Source: Roseibacillus sp. (GTDB lineage Bacteria; Verrucomicrobiota; Verrucomicrobiia; Verrucomicrobiales; Akkermansiaceae). From it: a DNA stretch of 20,679 nt. Below, piece after piece: positions 1-9,603 of the stretch. Made by a program: the position numbers and the translations under genes. Each line of letters starts with the position of its first letter. Position 1 is the first letter of the stretch. The notes below the pieces were generated by a model. The model had not been told where the DNA came from and did not search any database. It saw nothing but the letters and a program-made list of their open reading frames with translations. The stretch is taken from NCBI GenBank assembly GCA_965242925.1, contig CBDEUM010000016.1, positions 1-20,679 of the forward strand, written 5' to 3'.

Positions 1-2538
1 CTTCATCGACCACCCATTCTCACCAAAATCCGAGGCCAGGTAGTCGAGGAGGCCGGGATGGGTGGGCTTGCTCCCCAGCCGTCCGAAATTGTCCGCTGAT
101 GCAACCAGTCCCCGTCCGAAGACATGGTGCCAGAGCCGGTTTACAATAACCCGGGTGGTTAGGGTGTTATTCTTCCCCACAATGTCCTCCGCCAACTCCC
201 GGCGCCCGCTCCCGGTCTTGGTATAAGTCCGCCCCCCGAACACTTCCAGAAAGCCTCGCTCTACCGGATCCTTCTCCTTCTTGTAATCGCCGCGGTCCAG
301 AAGGGGTTGGTCCCAGGGTTGCCCATTCATCACTCCAGGCACCCGGACCGGATTCCGGATTTCCGCTTCCAGACTGCGATATTTCTCCACCAGAGGTTTC
401 AGGTTCTCCGGAAGCCCAGCCACTTCACTGGGCAAAAAACCTCGGCTCACCATTGCGTTCAGCAGGAGGGCCTGCGCATCGCTCATCTTCCTGCCCCGCC
501 AGTCGGTCAGCGCTTTCACCAGTGACCGCCGATAGAATTCCTCCAGCGACTTGCGGTCCTTGATTGAACTCAGGTCGCCCGGCAACGCCACCACCGGCGC
601 ACCCAGTTCCCGCATCGCCTCGTCTCCCGCATACACTTCGAAGACCCCGAACCACGAACGGGCGTTCCCTCCATTCCGGAAAGTTGAATCCGACGAGGTG
701 TTGACCTGATAGTAACCCTTCTCTCCATTCCAGTACTTGTACTTGTTGAGATTGATCCAGCTCACCTGGGGCCGTAGTCCCGGAGTGGGATGAAGTCCCC
801 CGTGAGAGAGAGGATAGCTCCGCAGGGTAAAGCGGGCAATCGATCCCTCCCCCATCGCCCGGATGGAATTGCGCCCTCCCTTTGCGAGATGGAAGACCGA
901 GCTCAGGGTGGCACTGTGCTTGTCCGAGAGCATATGGGAATAAACCCCTGCCGGGTAAATCGCCTTCAGCGCCCGTCCACCTTCCGGAGCCACCACGAAC
1001 GATCCCGCGGGACTGACCGTGTCACCCAGCCCATTCCCGCTCTTGAACCACCGGTCATAACCGGCCTGCTCCCGGAGATCAGCATAGAAGGTGGCCTTGC
1101 TCTTCACCTCTTCATTATGGGCCATGCCTTCTTCATGACGTTTTCGCATCGCTGCCAGTTCCCCTGCCAGCTCCTTCGGTTCCCTGTCCCGCAACCTGGC
1201 CCACCCTGCCAGGGGATCGGTTTCCGGGATCTTGTCCAGCTTATCGCTCCCCAGCTTCCCCATCGCGGAATCCACCTGTTCCAGCCAGAACGCCCCCAGG
1301 GAATCCCGGATCTGATCCTTAAGATCAAGCAGTTCCTTTCTGTGCAGATCCTTCAGTTCAGGGGAATCCACATTCACGATGGCCGGTCGACTGCTCACCA
1401 CCATCCCGTAGAACTTGTAGTAATCCTCCTGGCTGATCGGATCAAACTTGTGGTTATGGCAACGCGCACAGGACACTGTCAGGCCCATCGTAGACTTTGT
1501 CAGCACATCAACTGCGTTATCCGTAAAAGTGATCTGCTCGTCGTAGGCATCAGTAACCCCGAACCCGTGCGGAACCATCCGGAAATGAGCGGGACCGATC
1601 GCGCTCTCATTGAGCCCCTCCTCCTCGTTGACACGGGGCTTCTCCAGCAGGTCACCCGCTACCGCTTCCCGCACTAACTGGTCATAGGGCACATCCTGAT
1701 TGAGAGCCCGGATCACATAGTCCCGGTAGCGTCCCGCGTAGGGAACATTCGGGTCTCCCTCGCTTCCGTAGGACTCCGCATAACGAAACCAGTCAAGCCA
1801 GTAGCGCCCCCAGCGTTCTCCATAGGCCCCGGAGGACATCAGACGATCAACCATCTTCTCGTAGGCTTCCTCACTGGGATTCTTCACGAAGGCATCCACC
1901 TCCGCCGGCTTGGGAGGCAGTCCTGTCAGGATCAGGTGCAGGCGCCGCACCAGGGTGCCCGGTTCAGCCACGTTCTGCGGGTCCAGGCCATTCTTCTGCA
2001 GACCCGCATGAATAAACCGGTCAATGGCGGTCTTATTCCACCCTGCTGCATCCGCCTCCGGCGGCGCTTTCTTGACGATCGGGCGGAACGACCACCACTC
2101 CGCCCGCTTGTCACGCACGGCTTCCCATTCCACCTGGTTCGCCAGTTCTTCCTTGGTCGGCTTGCTCGCACGAGGATCGGGTGCGCCCATCCTGATCCAG
2201 TCCTCGAAGTTCTTGATGATCAGCTTGGCCAACTTGGGGCGCTTCGAGGGCATGGGCTCGTAATCCTCCTCGTGCCTGATCGCCTTTATGAGAGGGCTCT
2301 CCTCCGGTTTGCCTGGGACGATTACCTCGGACTCCACAATGGGTTCCCGCCAATCCAGAGCCAGATCCCCCTTTTTCTTGTCGATGCTGTTATGGCACTC
2401 GTAGCAGTTCTCAGCCAGGACCGGACGGATCTTCTTCTCGAAGAACTCAACCTGCTCGGAGGTCAACTCCTCGGCCAGGACCGGCGAGAAGCTGGATCCC
2501 GAAAGCAGGAACACTAAGGCGGCGATAGGTGGTCTCAT
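1..2538 (-). CDS. PSD1 and planctomycete cytochrome c domain protein (PSCyt1 + DUF1549 + DUF1553), 3' end beyond the window
   Basis: Absent from the ORF track because it has no stop in the window. Hand translation from ATG 2538 gives MRPPIAALVFLLSGSSFSPVLA (signal peptide), then EFFEKKIRPVLAENCYECH (CxxCH), YGERWGRYWLDWFRYAES, YRDYVIRALNQDVPYD, GLTVSCARCHNHKFDPISQEDYY, RVIVNRLWHHVFGRGLV and PTHPGLLDYLASDFGENGWSMK, all in one frame to base 1. These match the paralogues at 4962-7493 and 14470-16738. Confidence 0.93.
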   Translation of the reverse strand, partial: MRPPIAALVFLLSGSSFSPVLAEELTSEQVEFFEKKIRPVLAENCYECHNSIDKKKGDLALDWREPIVESEVIVPGKPEESPLIKAIRHEEDYEPMPSKRPKLAKLIIKNFEDWIRMGAPDPRASKPTKEELANQVEWEAVRDKRAEWWSFRPIVKKAPPEADAAGWNKTAIDRFIHAGLQKNGLDPQNVAEPGTLVRRLHLILTGLPPKPAEVDAFVKNPSEEAYEKMVDRLMSSGAYGERWGRYWLDWFRYAESYGSEGDPNVPYAGRYRDYVIRALNQDVPYDQLVREAVAGDLLEKPRVNEEEGLNESAIGPAHFRMVPHGFGVTDAYDEQITFTDNAVDVLTKSTMGLTVSCARCHNHKFDPISQEDYYKFYGMVVSSRPAIVNVDSPELKDLHRKELLDLKDQIRDSLGAFWLEQVDSAMGKLGSDKLDKIPETDPLAGWARLRDREPKELAGELAAMRKRHEEGMAHNEEVKSKATFYADLREQAGYDRWFKSGNGLGDTVSPAGSFVVAPEGGRALKAIYPAGVYSHMLSDKHSATLSSVFHLAKGGRNSIRAMGEGSIARFTLRSYPLSHGGLHPTPGLRPQVSWINLNKYKYWNGEKGYYQVNTSSDSTFRNGGNARSWFGVFEVYAGDEAMRELGAPVVALPGDLSSIKDRKSLEEFYRRSLVKALTDWRGRKMSDAQALLLNAMVSRGFLPSEVAGLPENLKPLVEKYRSLEAEIRNPVRVPGVMNGQPWDQPLLDRGDYKKEKDPVERGFLEVFGGRTYTKTGSGRRELAEDIVGKNNTLTTRVIVNRLWHHVFGRGLVASADNFGRLGSKPTHPGLLDYLASDFGENGWSMK

Positions 2539-2546
2539 GGGTGGCA

Positions 2547-2550
2547 CTCC
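2547..2550 (-). promoter_or_regulatory. Shine-Dalgarno-like GGAG
   Basis: Minus strand reads GGAG-tgccaccc-ATG, an 8 nt spacing before the 2538 start. Confidence 0.5.
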
Positions 2551-2635
2551 ATTGGACCCCGCGTAACGGTGCTTTTCAAGCGCCAAGCCCACTTCCTCGG
2601 TCACACGATCCTTTCAAAATGGCTCCCTTCCGCCC

Positions 2636-3382
2636 TCACCACTCACCCTCCTTCTCATATCGCTCCCTCACCCGGCGGGCAAATTCCGTTCCGGCCTCGT
2701 TCACCTGCTTGAGAATTTCCCCGGTGCCCAACCCCTGGACCGAGCGCGCAGCCGCAATCACAGTCTGGCACTCATTGCTGTCCATGAAACGCGCTGCCTC
2801 CAGCAACTGTGCCTGGTCCTCTTCCGGAATTGCCAGAAACCCGTGCTTGTCGGCATGGATCAACTGCCCCGGCCCAACTCCTGTTCCAAAGACCTCCACC
2901 GGAACGTTCCACTCCACCGGCACCACATGGGCATGGCCTACACAGAGCCTCTGCGCCAGGGCCTTGAACCCTGCATTGCACATCTCATCCACATCGCGAA
3001 TGGCACCATCCGTGATTGTGCCCACACACCCCAGGGCACGATGCGTGTTACTGTTCACCTCGCCCCAGAACGATCCGATCACCCGTGGTTTGTCGAGATC
3101 CTCGATCACGGCGATCTTCGGTCCCGGCAGGGAAGCGATGTATTCGCGGTAGTCCGCCCAGGCTGTTTCAACCGTCTTGTGCTCTTTCACACTCGGTTCA
3201 ATCTTCAGGGTGACTGCGTAACCGACCATCGGCCCCATCTGCGGCATGAAATCACAGCATTCCTCCAGATTAAATCCCTCTACCCCGGCATCACAGGAAG
3301 TGATCTGCTCCCAGCCATTGTAGATGGTCGGCGTATTCCACCGTGCTAGTTCCAGAAGTTCGGAGTGAGTCAGCTGCGGCAT
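2636..3382 (-). CDS. RraA family protein (HMG/CHA aldolase-like; often mis-annotated demethylmenaquinone methyltransferase)
   Basis: 248 aa ORF with family motifs GPMVGYAVT, SFWGEVNS...GCVGTITDGAIRDVDE and GQLIHADKHG. No signal peptide. Confidence 0.88.
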   Translation of the reverse strand: MPQLTHSELLELARWNTPTIYNGWEQITSCDAGVEGFNLEECCDFMPQMGPMVGYAVTLKIEPSVKEHKTVETAWADYREYIASLPGPKIAVIEDLDKPRVIGSFWGEVNSNTHRALGCVGTITDGAIRDVDEMCNAGFKALAQRLCVGHAHVVPVEWNVPVEVFGTGVGPGQLIHADKHGFLAIPEEDQAQLLEAARFMDSNECQTVIAAARSVQGLGTGEILKQVNEAGTEFARRVRERYEKEGEW

Positions 3383-3499
3383 GACTGTTCCTGAATACCC
3401 CGGATTTCGTCATCTGTGAAGACCCGCAAGTCCCAGGCCTTCACTTCTCCGCGATCCCGCTGCACCCAAAGGCCAAATGCACTCCACCGCAGCAGCCCC

Positions 3500-4972
3500 T
3501 TACCCAAGTAACTCACGCACAACCCGGGCGTGTTCTTCCTCCACCAAGCGGATCTCACCCGGCCCACTCCGGAATCTCAATGCCCGGTGATCCAGGCCAA
3601 ACTGATGAAGAACGGTGGCCAGCCAGTCATAATGGTGGACGACATCCTTCACCGCATAGTGGGAGAATTCATCTGTTTCCCCGTGAATGTATCCCTTCCG
3701 GAATCCGCCACCTGCCACCCACTGGGTGAATCCGTAGGTGTTGTGGTCCCGTCCGACCGCATCCCGGTTACTCGCGCCACTCCGAAACTGAATCACGGGA
3801 AGACGGCCCATCTCACCACCCCAGTGCACGATCGTACTGTCCAGCAACCCTCGCTGCTGGAGATCCCTCACCAGCGCAGCAGCGGGCTTGTCCACCTCCG
3901 CACAGCGATCCGGGAGCGCCGTCTTAATCGACCCATGGTGATCCCAGTTCTGTCCTGCGGCGAAGATCTGCACGAAGCGTACTCCCCGTTCCACCAGGCG
4001 CCGCGCAATCAGACAGCGCGTACCGTAGTTGCGCGTCTTTTCCTGGTCGATTCCGTACATCCGCCTGGTCTCTTCCGATTCGCGGGAAATATCAAAGGCC
4101 TCACGGGCGGCTCCCTGCATGCGGGCCGCCAGGCCATAACTCGCCAAGCGTGCCTCCAGTTCATTCTCCCCCGGATGCCGGTCGGCATGCTCACGGTTGA
4201 ACTTCTGCAGAAGATCAAGCTGCGCCGCACGGGTATCACCATGCAGGTGCCTGGGAGAATCGAGGTTGAAGATTCGCGGCTCGGAAGAACGCACCATGGT
4301 CCCCTGGTAAATGGAGGGTAACTTCCCCTGGCTCCAGTTCTCGTTCCCCTGCTGGGGGAGGCCCCGCGGGTCGGTGAGAGCCACGAAGGCCGGAAGGTCC
4401 TGCGAGGCGCTACCGAGGGCCTGGACCAGCCAGCTCCCCAGTACAGGACGCCCGTTCACGGGCTTCCCGGTGGTCATGGAGCGGGTGGAAGGCACATGAT
4501 TGTTGGAGCCGGTCTGCATTGAGCGGATGAGCGTGATCTCGTCCGCAATCGAGCCCAGGAAGGGGAGCTTCTCGGATAACTCCATGCCACACTGCCCGTA
4601 GGTGTTGAACTTCCAGAGCGGCCCCATGATCTCGCGGCTGGCCTGCGCCGCGTTATCCCACTTGAGCTTTCCCTTGAAGGTCTCCCCATGGCGCTTGACC
4701 AGTTCGGGCTTGGGATCGAAGAGATCGATCTGGCTCGGACCGCCATACATCCACATCGAGATCATGGCATGGGCGCTGGATTCCCTCGGTGGAACCTTGG
4801 GCAGGAGATCGTGAATCACCCGCTCCAGTGCCGGTTTCTCCAAGGACCCGTTGGCATCAGCTGCGAGCAGGCCGTCCTCTTTCAGAAGCCACGGGGCCGC
4901 CACCCCTGCCAGGCTGAAGGATGAGAGACCAAGCCACCTGCGGCGGCCCATGTTCTGGGAATCAATCGACAT
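3500..4972 (-). CDS. DUF1501 domain protein (Tat signal)
   Basis: 490 aa. GRRRWLG twin-arginine leader, then GGPSQIDLFDPKP, LIRSMQT..NNH, CLIARRLVERGVRFVQ, WDHH, GEMGRLP and GRDHN. The start overlaps the stop of the upstream PSD1 gene (4962-4972). Confidence 0.93.
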   Translation of the reverse strand: MSIDSQNMGRRRWLGLSSFSLAGVAAPWLLKEDGLLAADANGSLEKPALERVIHDLLPKVPPRESSAHAMISMWMYGGPSQIDLFDPKPELVKRHGETFKGKLKWDNAAQASREIMGPLWKFNTYGQCGMELSEKLPFLGSIADEITLIRSMQTGSNNHVPSTRSMTTGKPVNGRPVLGSWLVQALGSASQDLPAFVALTDPRGLPQQGNENWSQGKLPSIYQGTMVRSSEPRIFNLDSPRHLHGDTRAAQLDLLQKFNREHADRHPGENELEARLASYGLAARMQGAAREAFDISRESEETRRMYGIDQEKTRNYGTRCLIARRLVERGVRFVQIFAAGQNWDHHGSIKTALPDRCAEVDKPAAALVRDLQQRGLLDSTIVHWGGEMGRLPVIQFRSGASNRDAVGRDHNTYGFTQWVAGGGFRKGYIHGETDEFSHYAVKDVVHHYDWLATVLHQFGLDHRALRFRSGPGEIRLVEEEHARVVRELLG

Positions 4973-7493
4973 ACAGGAACCGGTTTGAAGCTAACATGAC
5001 CTGGCACAGGGAGGCCAGCGCCCGGTGCTCGGCATCAGCCTTTGGATCCGCCTTGGCAAACTGCTCCCGCTGGCTGGCAAGATACTCCTCACAGTCCTGG
5101 AGTTCAGACGGAGTCGGGGGCTTGGAAAAAAGCAGCAGGTAGAGTCTGCCCAGGCGCACTGAACTGAAATCCGATTCCTTCATCAGGGACCGGGCCAGGG
5201 TATCGGCATGATCAAGCACCTCCGCATCATTGAGAAACCACAGCGCCTGGGTCGCCACCGTGGTCTGGCGGCGATGGTTGCAGTTTGGCGCCATGACCGG
5301 TTGGTCAAAGGTCTCCAGCATGTTGAGCGGCAGACGGCGCTCAACTGCCACGAAGGCACTACGGCGATTCTTGTCGCCGCCCAGAACGGCCTTCCCCTCC
5401 CCGTTGGCGGCAACCGGACTGGGAACGCCCCCGAGGGCGAGATTGATCTTCCCGCTCACCGCCAGGAGGGCGTCGCGGATGGCTTCTGCTTCCAGGCGCC
5501 GCAGGTTGGCCCGTCCCAGCAGAACATTCTCCGGGTCAATCTGCTCATGCGCCACCCGTCGCCGGGAACTCTGCTGGTAGGTCCGGGAAAGAAGAATCAT
5601 TCGGTGGAGGCGCTTCAGGTTCCACCCGTGCTCCATGAAATCACGGGCCAGCCAATCCAGCAGTTCAGGATGGGAGGGCCGTTCCCCGGCGATGCCGAAA
5701 TCGCCAGGGGTAGCCACCAGTCCACGCCCGAAGTGATGGGCCCAGACCCGGTTCACAAAGACGCGTGCGGTAAGCGGATGAGAGCCTCCGGTCAGATGAC
5801 GTGCATAGGCCAGCCGCCTTTCCGAGGTTCGGTGGGTCTTATCCCCGGGGGAGATTTTCAACTCCTTCATCCCGCGCTGGATGACCATGAGTTCCGCCGG
5901 GACTACCACCTCGCGCGCACTCTCGGGATTTCCCCGGAAGAACACTTTGCTCACGGGAAGATCCCCATCCGGTTCGGTGGTTGCCATGATCATGCGCAGG
6001 GGCGGTTTTCTGGCCCGGATCGCGGCCACCTTCTGCTTTTCCTTCTCGAAGCGCTGGTGCGCAGCGCCATCGTACTCCACCAGCAAGCCGCTGATGAAAT
6101 CCACCGGTTTCACCATGGGATACCCTTCCAGGAGATCCTTCTGCCGCTGGGTCCTTTGCTCCCCCCCGGTGAGCACGGCCTTCCGGGTCTCTTCCCTCTC
6201 GCATTCCGGCACATCCGCCAGTTTCTTTTCCAGGATTTCCGCGCAATGGTTTCGACGGCGCTCATTCATGGCGCCCTCTTCCTTCTTCGCCTCCGCCTCG
6301 ATGCGGGCCCTCTCTCCGTTGACTGCTGCCGCAGTCATGTCCACCAGGCGGTTGCCGGGCTGCTGCCAGTTCTGCAACGGAAATGCCGGATCAAAGATGG
6401 ATCGGAAGCGGTAGTAATCCTCGATACCAATCGGGTCATACTTATGATCGTGGCACTGGGCGCAGCCGACCGTCAGACCGAGCACACTTGTAGTCACCAC
6501 CTTCAACGCATCTGCCACCGCCCTATTGCGGTCGACCAGGGTATTGCTACGCTGGGTGACATCCGGAGCCATGCGGAGGAATCCAGTTGCGGTCAGAAGC
6601 TCCAGATGACGGGCGTCCTCCACCATGACTTCGCCCTCTATCATCTCATCGCCCGCCAGTTGCTCGATAAGAAACTGGTCAATCGGCTTGTTGCTGTTGA
6701 AGGCCTCGATCACGTAATCACGATAACGCCAGGCCTGACCCCGCCTGCGATCGTCCACGGCATTACCATCAGACTCGGCGTAACCAGCAGCATCCAACCA
6801 ATGGCGCCCCCACCGCACTCCATACTGGGAGGAGCCCAGGAGACCGTCTACCAGGCGCTCCAGGGCGCCTTCCTTCCCATCATTCACAAAGGCTTCCACC
6901 GCCCCGGGGGTGGGCGGAAGACCGGTCACCCCGAAGCTCATCCGGCGGGCCAGGGTCCGCCGATCCGCAGACTCCGCCAGCGAAAACCCCTCCTTCCGAA
7001 GTCGCCTTGCCACGAAAGAGTCGATCGGATGCCCGGCCGCAGGCGGCTTCACCCCGCTCACCGACTGAAAGGACCAGTGCGCGAGTTCCTCCAGCGTGAA
7101 GCGGGCCTCTTCCACATCTTCCGGTTCAGGTCTCGCCGTTCTGGCTCCCTGCTCAATCCAGCGCCGGACAAGAGCCTTCCTTTCCGATGACAACTTCTTC
7201 TCGCCCTTGGGCATCTCATTGCCCGCCAGTTTCTCCCACAGCAAACTCTTGTCCGGGGCACCGGGAACCAGCACCGGACCGGACTCTCCGCCCTCCTTCA
7301 TCAGGCGAACGAGGCGCAGGTCCAGCCCTCCTTCCCTCTCTCCACCTTCCCCATGGCAGTGGAAACACGCCTCCTTGAAGATAGGACGCACATCCGTTTC
7401 AAAGACGAGCTCTTCCGCCGGGAGGGGCAGGACCACCAGCGGGAGAAACATCATCCCCATCCACCTCAGGATTCTCTGGCCCACTGGTTTCAT
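4962..7493 (-). CDS. PSD1 and planctomycete cytochrome c domain protein (PSCyt1 + DUF1549 + DUF1553)
   Basis: Lies within the 891 aa ORF. Probable start is MKPVGQRILRW at 7493 (or a nearby Met), before a hydrophobic leader and FETDVRPIFKEACFHCHG. Second heme motif CAQCHDHKYDP, plus WGRHWLD, RVFVNRVWAHHFGRGLV and PSHPELLDWLA. ~843 aa. Confidence 0.92.
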   Translation of the reverse strand: MKPVGQRILRWMGMMFLPLVVLPLPAEELVFETDVRPIFKEACFHCHGEGGEREGGLDLRLVRLMKEGGESGPVLVPGAPDKSLLWEKLAGNEMPKGEKKLSSERKALVRRWIEQGARTARPEPEDVEEARFTLEELAHWSFQSVSGVKPPAAGHPIDSFVARRLRKEGFSLAESADRRTLARRMSFGVTGLPPTPGAVEAFVNDGKEGALERLVDGLLGSSQYGVRWGRHWLDAAGYAESDGNAVDDRRRGQAWRYRDYVIEAFNSNKPIDQFLIEQLAGDEMIEGEVMVEDARHLELLTATGFLRMAPDVTQRSNTLVDRNRAVADALKVVTTSVLGLTVGCAQCHDHKYDPIGIEDYYRFRSIFDPAFPLQNWQQPGNRLVDMTAAAVNGERARIEAEAKKEEGAMNERRRNHCAEILEKKLADVPECEREETRKAVLTGGEQRTQRQKDLLEGYPMVKPVDFISGLLVEYDGAAHQRFEKEKQKVAAIRARKPPLRMIMATTEPDGDLPVSKVFFRGNPESAREVVVPAELMVIQRGMKELKISPGDKTHRTSERRLAYARHLTGGSHPLTARVFVNRVWAHHFGRGLVATPGDFGIAGERPSHPELLDWLARDFMEHGWNLKRLHRMILLSRTYQQSSRRRVAHEQIDPENVLLGRANLRRLEAEAIRDALLAVSGKINLALGGVPSPVAANGEGKAVLGGDKNRRSAFVAVERRLPLNMLETFDQPVMAPNCNHRRQTTVATQALWFLNDAEVLDHADTLARSLMKESDFSSVRLGRLYLLLFSKPPTPSELQDCEEYLASQREQFAKADPKADAEHRALASLCQVMLASNRFLYVD

Positions 7494-7527
7494 TAACGGC
7501 AACTGCTCGTGATGAAGCAGCCTTGTT

Positions 7528-7556
7528 ATTCTTCCCCTCCAGCAAGAATCCATCAA
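7528..7556 (-). promoter_or_regulatory. Possible sigma70-type promoter for the PSD1/DUF1501 pair
   Basis: Minus strand reads TTGATG-17 nt-AAGAAT in the 100 bp intergenic gap, ~35 nt before the ATG at 7493. Each box matches the consensus at 4/6 only. Confidence 0.3.
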
Positions 7557-7593
7557 CGGAAAACTTGTCCCACAAAGAGTGGAAGAGAAGGGC

Positions 7594-8925
7594 TCAATGC
7601 GACGCCGGGAGCACCTGGAAGGAATAGATTGCCGCATTTTCCAGATGGAACCGCAATCGCACGGTCCGTCCCTTCAACGAGGAGAGCGTCTGCCTCCCGC
7701 GCCAAGCAGGCTCCAGTCTCAACTGGTCGACCTGCCGATGCCGCACGGCCTCTGAAACCGAGAATCCCGGGAGAGGGTCCCCCCCGGCATCGAGCACTTC
7801 GACTGCGAACTCCTGCCCTTTCACGTTCACCTGCAGAAGGTCACCTTCAAGTTTGAACGGCCTCGTGGTGATCACCCCTGCCTGGCCCTTCGCTTCCAGC
7901 CCGACGAATCCATCCAGCCTCAGGGTGGCGAGCCCGATCCCTCCCCGCGCCTTCTCATCATCCCGCCGGAAGACCCCGTGCCGCTCATTGTAACCATCGT
8001 AGTAAAGCCAGTGCTTGTCCCCATGCGTGATCACCGCCGAGGCCGGGATGATCATGTCCTTGTCCCAGGCCCCGTCGCCCCCACGCGGGATCATGGTTTT
8101 TCCGGCATAGACCCAGCGCAGGTCCCAGCTGTCCCCATCCCGGCTGGTCGCAATGTAGAATTCCAGCAGGTTGCGTTCGTGCCGCTTGTGATAGTCCTTC
8201 GGCCCCTCGCTCATATCCTCCGGCCACTCGATCACCATCATGAGCGCGAAGTGTACGCCCTGGTAGATCCAGTCGGTCAGTCCATAGATCTGGCGCCGCT
8301 TCCATTCCTCCGGATCTTCCCGGTCAAATCGCCAGTTGCGCACCACCTTCCACCTGGTGGGATCAGCCTTGGGATCCGGGTTGATCATGCTGCGCGTCCC
8401 CCGCACCTCCATCCCGGCCTTGAGCGCGCCCCGGTAATCCGTCCGGGTAAAGAGCCGATAGACCCCGGCGCCCTCATCCCACACGACCTGGTTATAGGTG
8501 TCCGCGGCCCGGTGCGTTACCGGCCTCCCCTCGTTGTAGTCCTTCCAGTGAATCCCGTCCGCTGAATAGGCCAAGGCGGCCCGCATCGTCTTGTGCGCGT
8601 AACAGGCCTTGTAGCGATGGGCCGGGTCCATCTCGTGCGGATCGACATAGAAGGTCGCCCCTTCCGCCGGGGACTTCTGGGTCATCCCCGTCAAGTCCGC
8701 CACCTTGCGGAAGCGTACCCCGTCCTTCGATTCCGCATAGCCATACGGGTGCCCGCGATACCACAACTTGAACTTCCCTTCGTCGTGCAGGACCGTTCCG
8801 TAAAAACTGCCGTCAAAGATGGGATTCCCCCTGCTCACCTTTTCCACCGTTCCCAGGACACGGTCGACGTGGACCATTCGATCGATGAGGTAGTCATCCA
8901 CCAGCAGCTGCTTCCGGGTTCCCAC
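7594..8925 (-). CDS. Glycoside-hydrolase-like beta-propeller protein (GH32/43-like five-blade superfamily, uncharacterised PVC family) with C-terminal beta domain; probably the 3' part of a gene starting near 9573
   Basis: 443 aa ORF: KQLLVDDYLI, YAESKDGVRF, AYSADGIHW, ATSRDGDSW (SxDG-W/F repeats), DTYNQVVWD, GAWDKDMI, WLYYDG, GLATLRLDGF and GRTVRLRFHL..AAIYSF. It has no signal peptide of its own. Confidence 0.75.
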   Translation of the reverse strand: MGTRKQLLVDDYLIDRMVHVDRVLGTVEKVSRGNPIFDGSFYGTVLHDEGKFKLWYRGHPYGYAESKDGVRFRKVADLTGMTQKSPAEGATFYVDPHEMDPAHRYKACYAHKTMRAALAYSADGIHWKDYNEGRPVTHRAADTYNQVVWDEGAGVYRLFTRTDYRGALKAGMEVRGTRSMINPDPKADPTRWKVVRNWRFDREDPEEWKRRQIYGLTDWIYQGVHFALMMVIEWPEDMSEGPKDYHKRHERNLLEFYIATSRDGDSWDLRWVYAGKTMIPRGGDGAWDKDMIIPASAVITHGDKHWLYYDGYNERHGVFRRDDEKARGGIGLATLRLDGFVGLEAKGQAGVITTRPFKLEGDLLQVNVKGQEFAVEVLDAGGDPLPGFSVSEAVRHRQVDQLRLEPAWRGRQTLSSLKGRTVRLRFHLENAAIYSFQVLPASH

Positions 8926-9573
8926 CTCTACCAGTGCGCAGGGCTAGGCCTCCTTTCCCCGCCTTAACCTGGTCAAAATCCAGGTTGTCGACCGCCAGCG
9001 TTGTCCGCGTCCCGGTATGGATCAGCTCAAGGACAACCGGCCCGTGGTGCGCCTTCTTCATCCTGAGATCGAGCCCGGCGAGATCCCCGGTGAAATTCCC
9101 CGTCGATCCTCTGGCCAGCTCCCTTCCCGTCCGGCTCCCGGCCCGGATCCTCCAGTCGATCCGGTTCGGCACCTCCCTCGAGGCCTCGAGGTCGAGCGAA
9201 TTGATCAACACCCCCACCCCATTCTCCGGAGTGAAGGTGTACCAGTAGTAGTAGGGACCTCCGTCATCGCCATCCAGCAGGTAGTTGGCTCCATCCCCGC
9301 CATCCCAGCGCTCCCGCCACGAGTTGACCGTCTTGACGTCGTGACCGCCCGCGAAGTCAAGGAGGACATCGGGCGTCCATCCATTCCCCTCCGCAAAGGA
9401 GTCCCTGAAACCACCCGTACTCGGCCCCTTCACCCGGTCGCCATAGCCTTTCACCGACTGCAGTCCCCGCAGTTCCGTGGCCGGGGTGAGACCAACCTTC
9501 TCAAACTTGATCACCGTGGCCTCCACCGGAAGCCCGAGACAAAGAAGGATTACTCGCCATCGCTCTCCTTCAT
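8894..9573 (-). CDS. Secreted ~185 aa beta-rich domain, probable N-terminal part of the 7594-8925 gene
   Basis: Protein-like stretch VILLCLGLPVEA|TVIKFE...YGDRV...GNGWTPDV...LAVDNLDFDQV. Removing two single bases after ATG 9573 gives the signal peptide MKRAMAVILLCLGLPVEA. A +1 shift near 8940 joins it to LVEVGTRKQLLVDD. Boundaries depend on these inferred indels. Confidence 0.6.
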
Positions 9574-9603
9574 CCTGCCGATACACAAAACTGTCAGGCC
9601 TCT

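Noticed and set aside
5208..7190. 660 aa plus-strand ORF, and similar ones at 790-1677, 1936-2517, 3530-4321, 12610-13683 and 15253-15951
   Set aside because: Antisense shadows of well-supported minus-strand genes. They are expected from GC-rich codon bias and carry no recognisable motifs.
7494..7637. 48 aa N-terminal extension of the 891 aa ORF
   Set aside because: It overlaps the upstream gene and precedes the signal peptide. The start near 7493 fits the paralogues.
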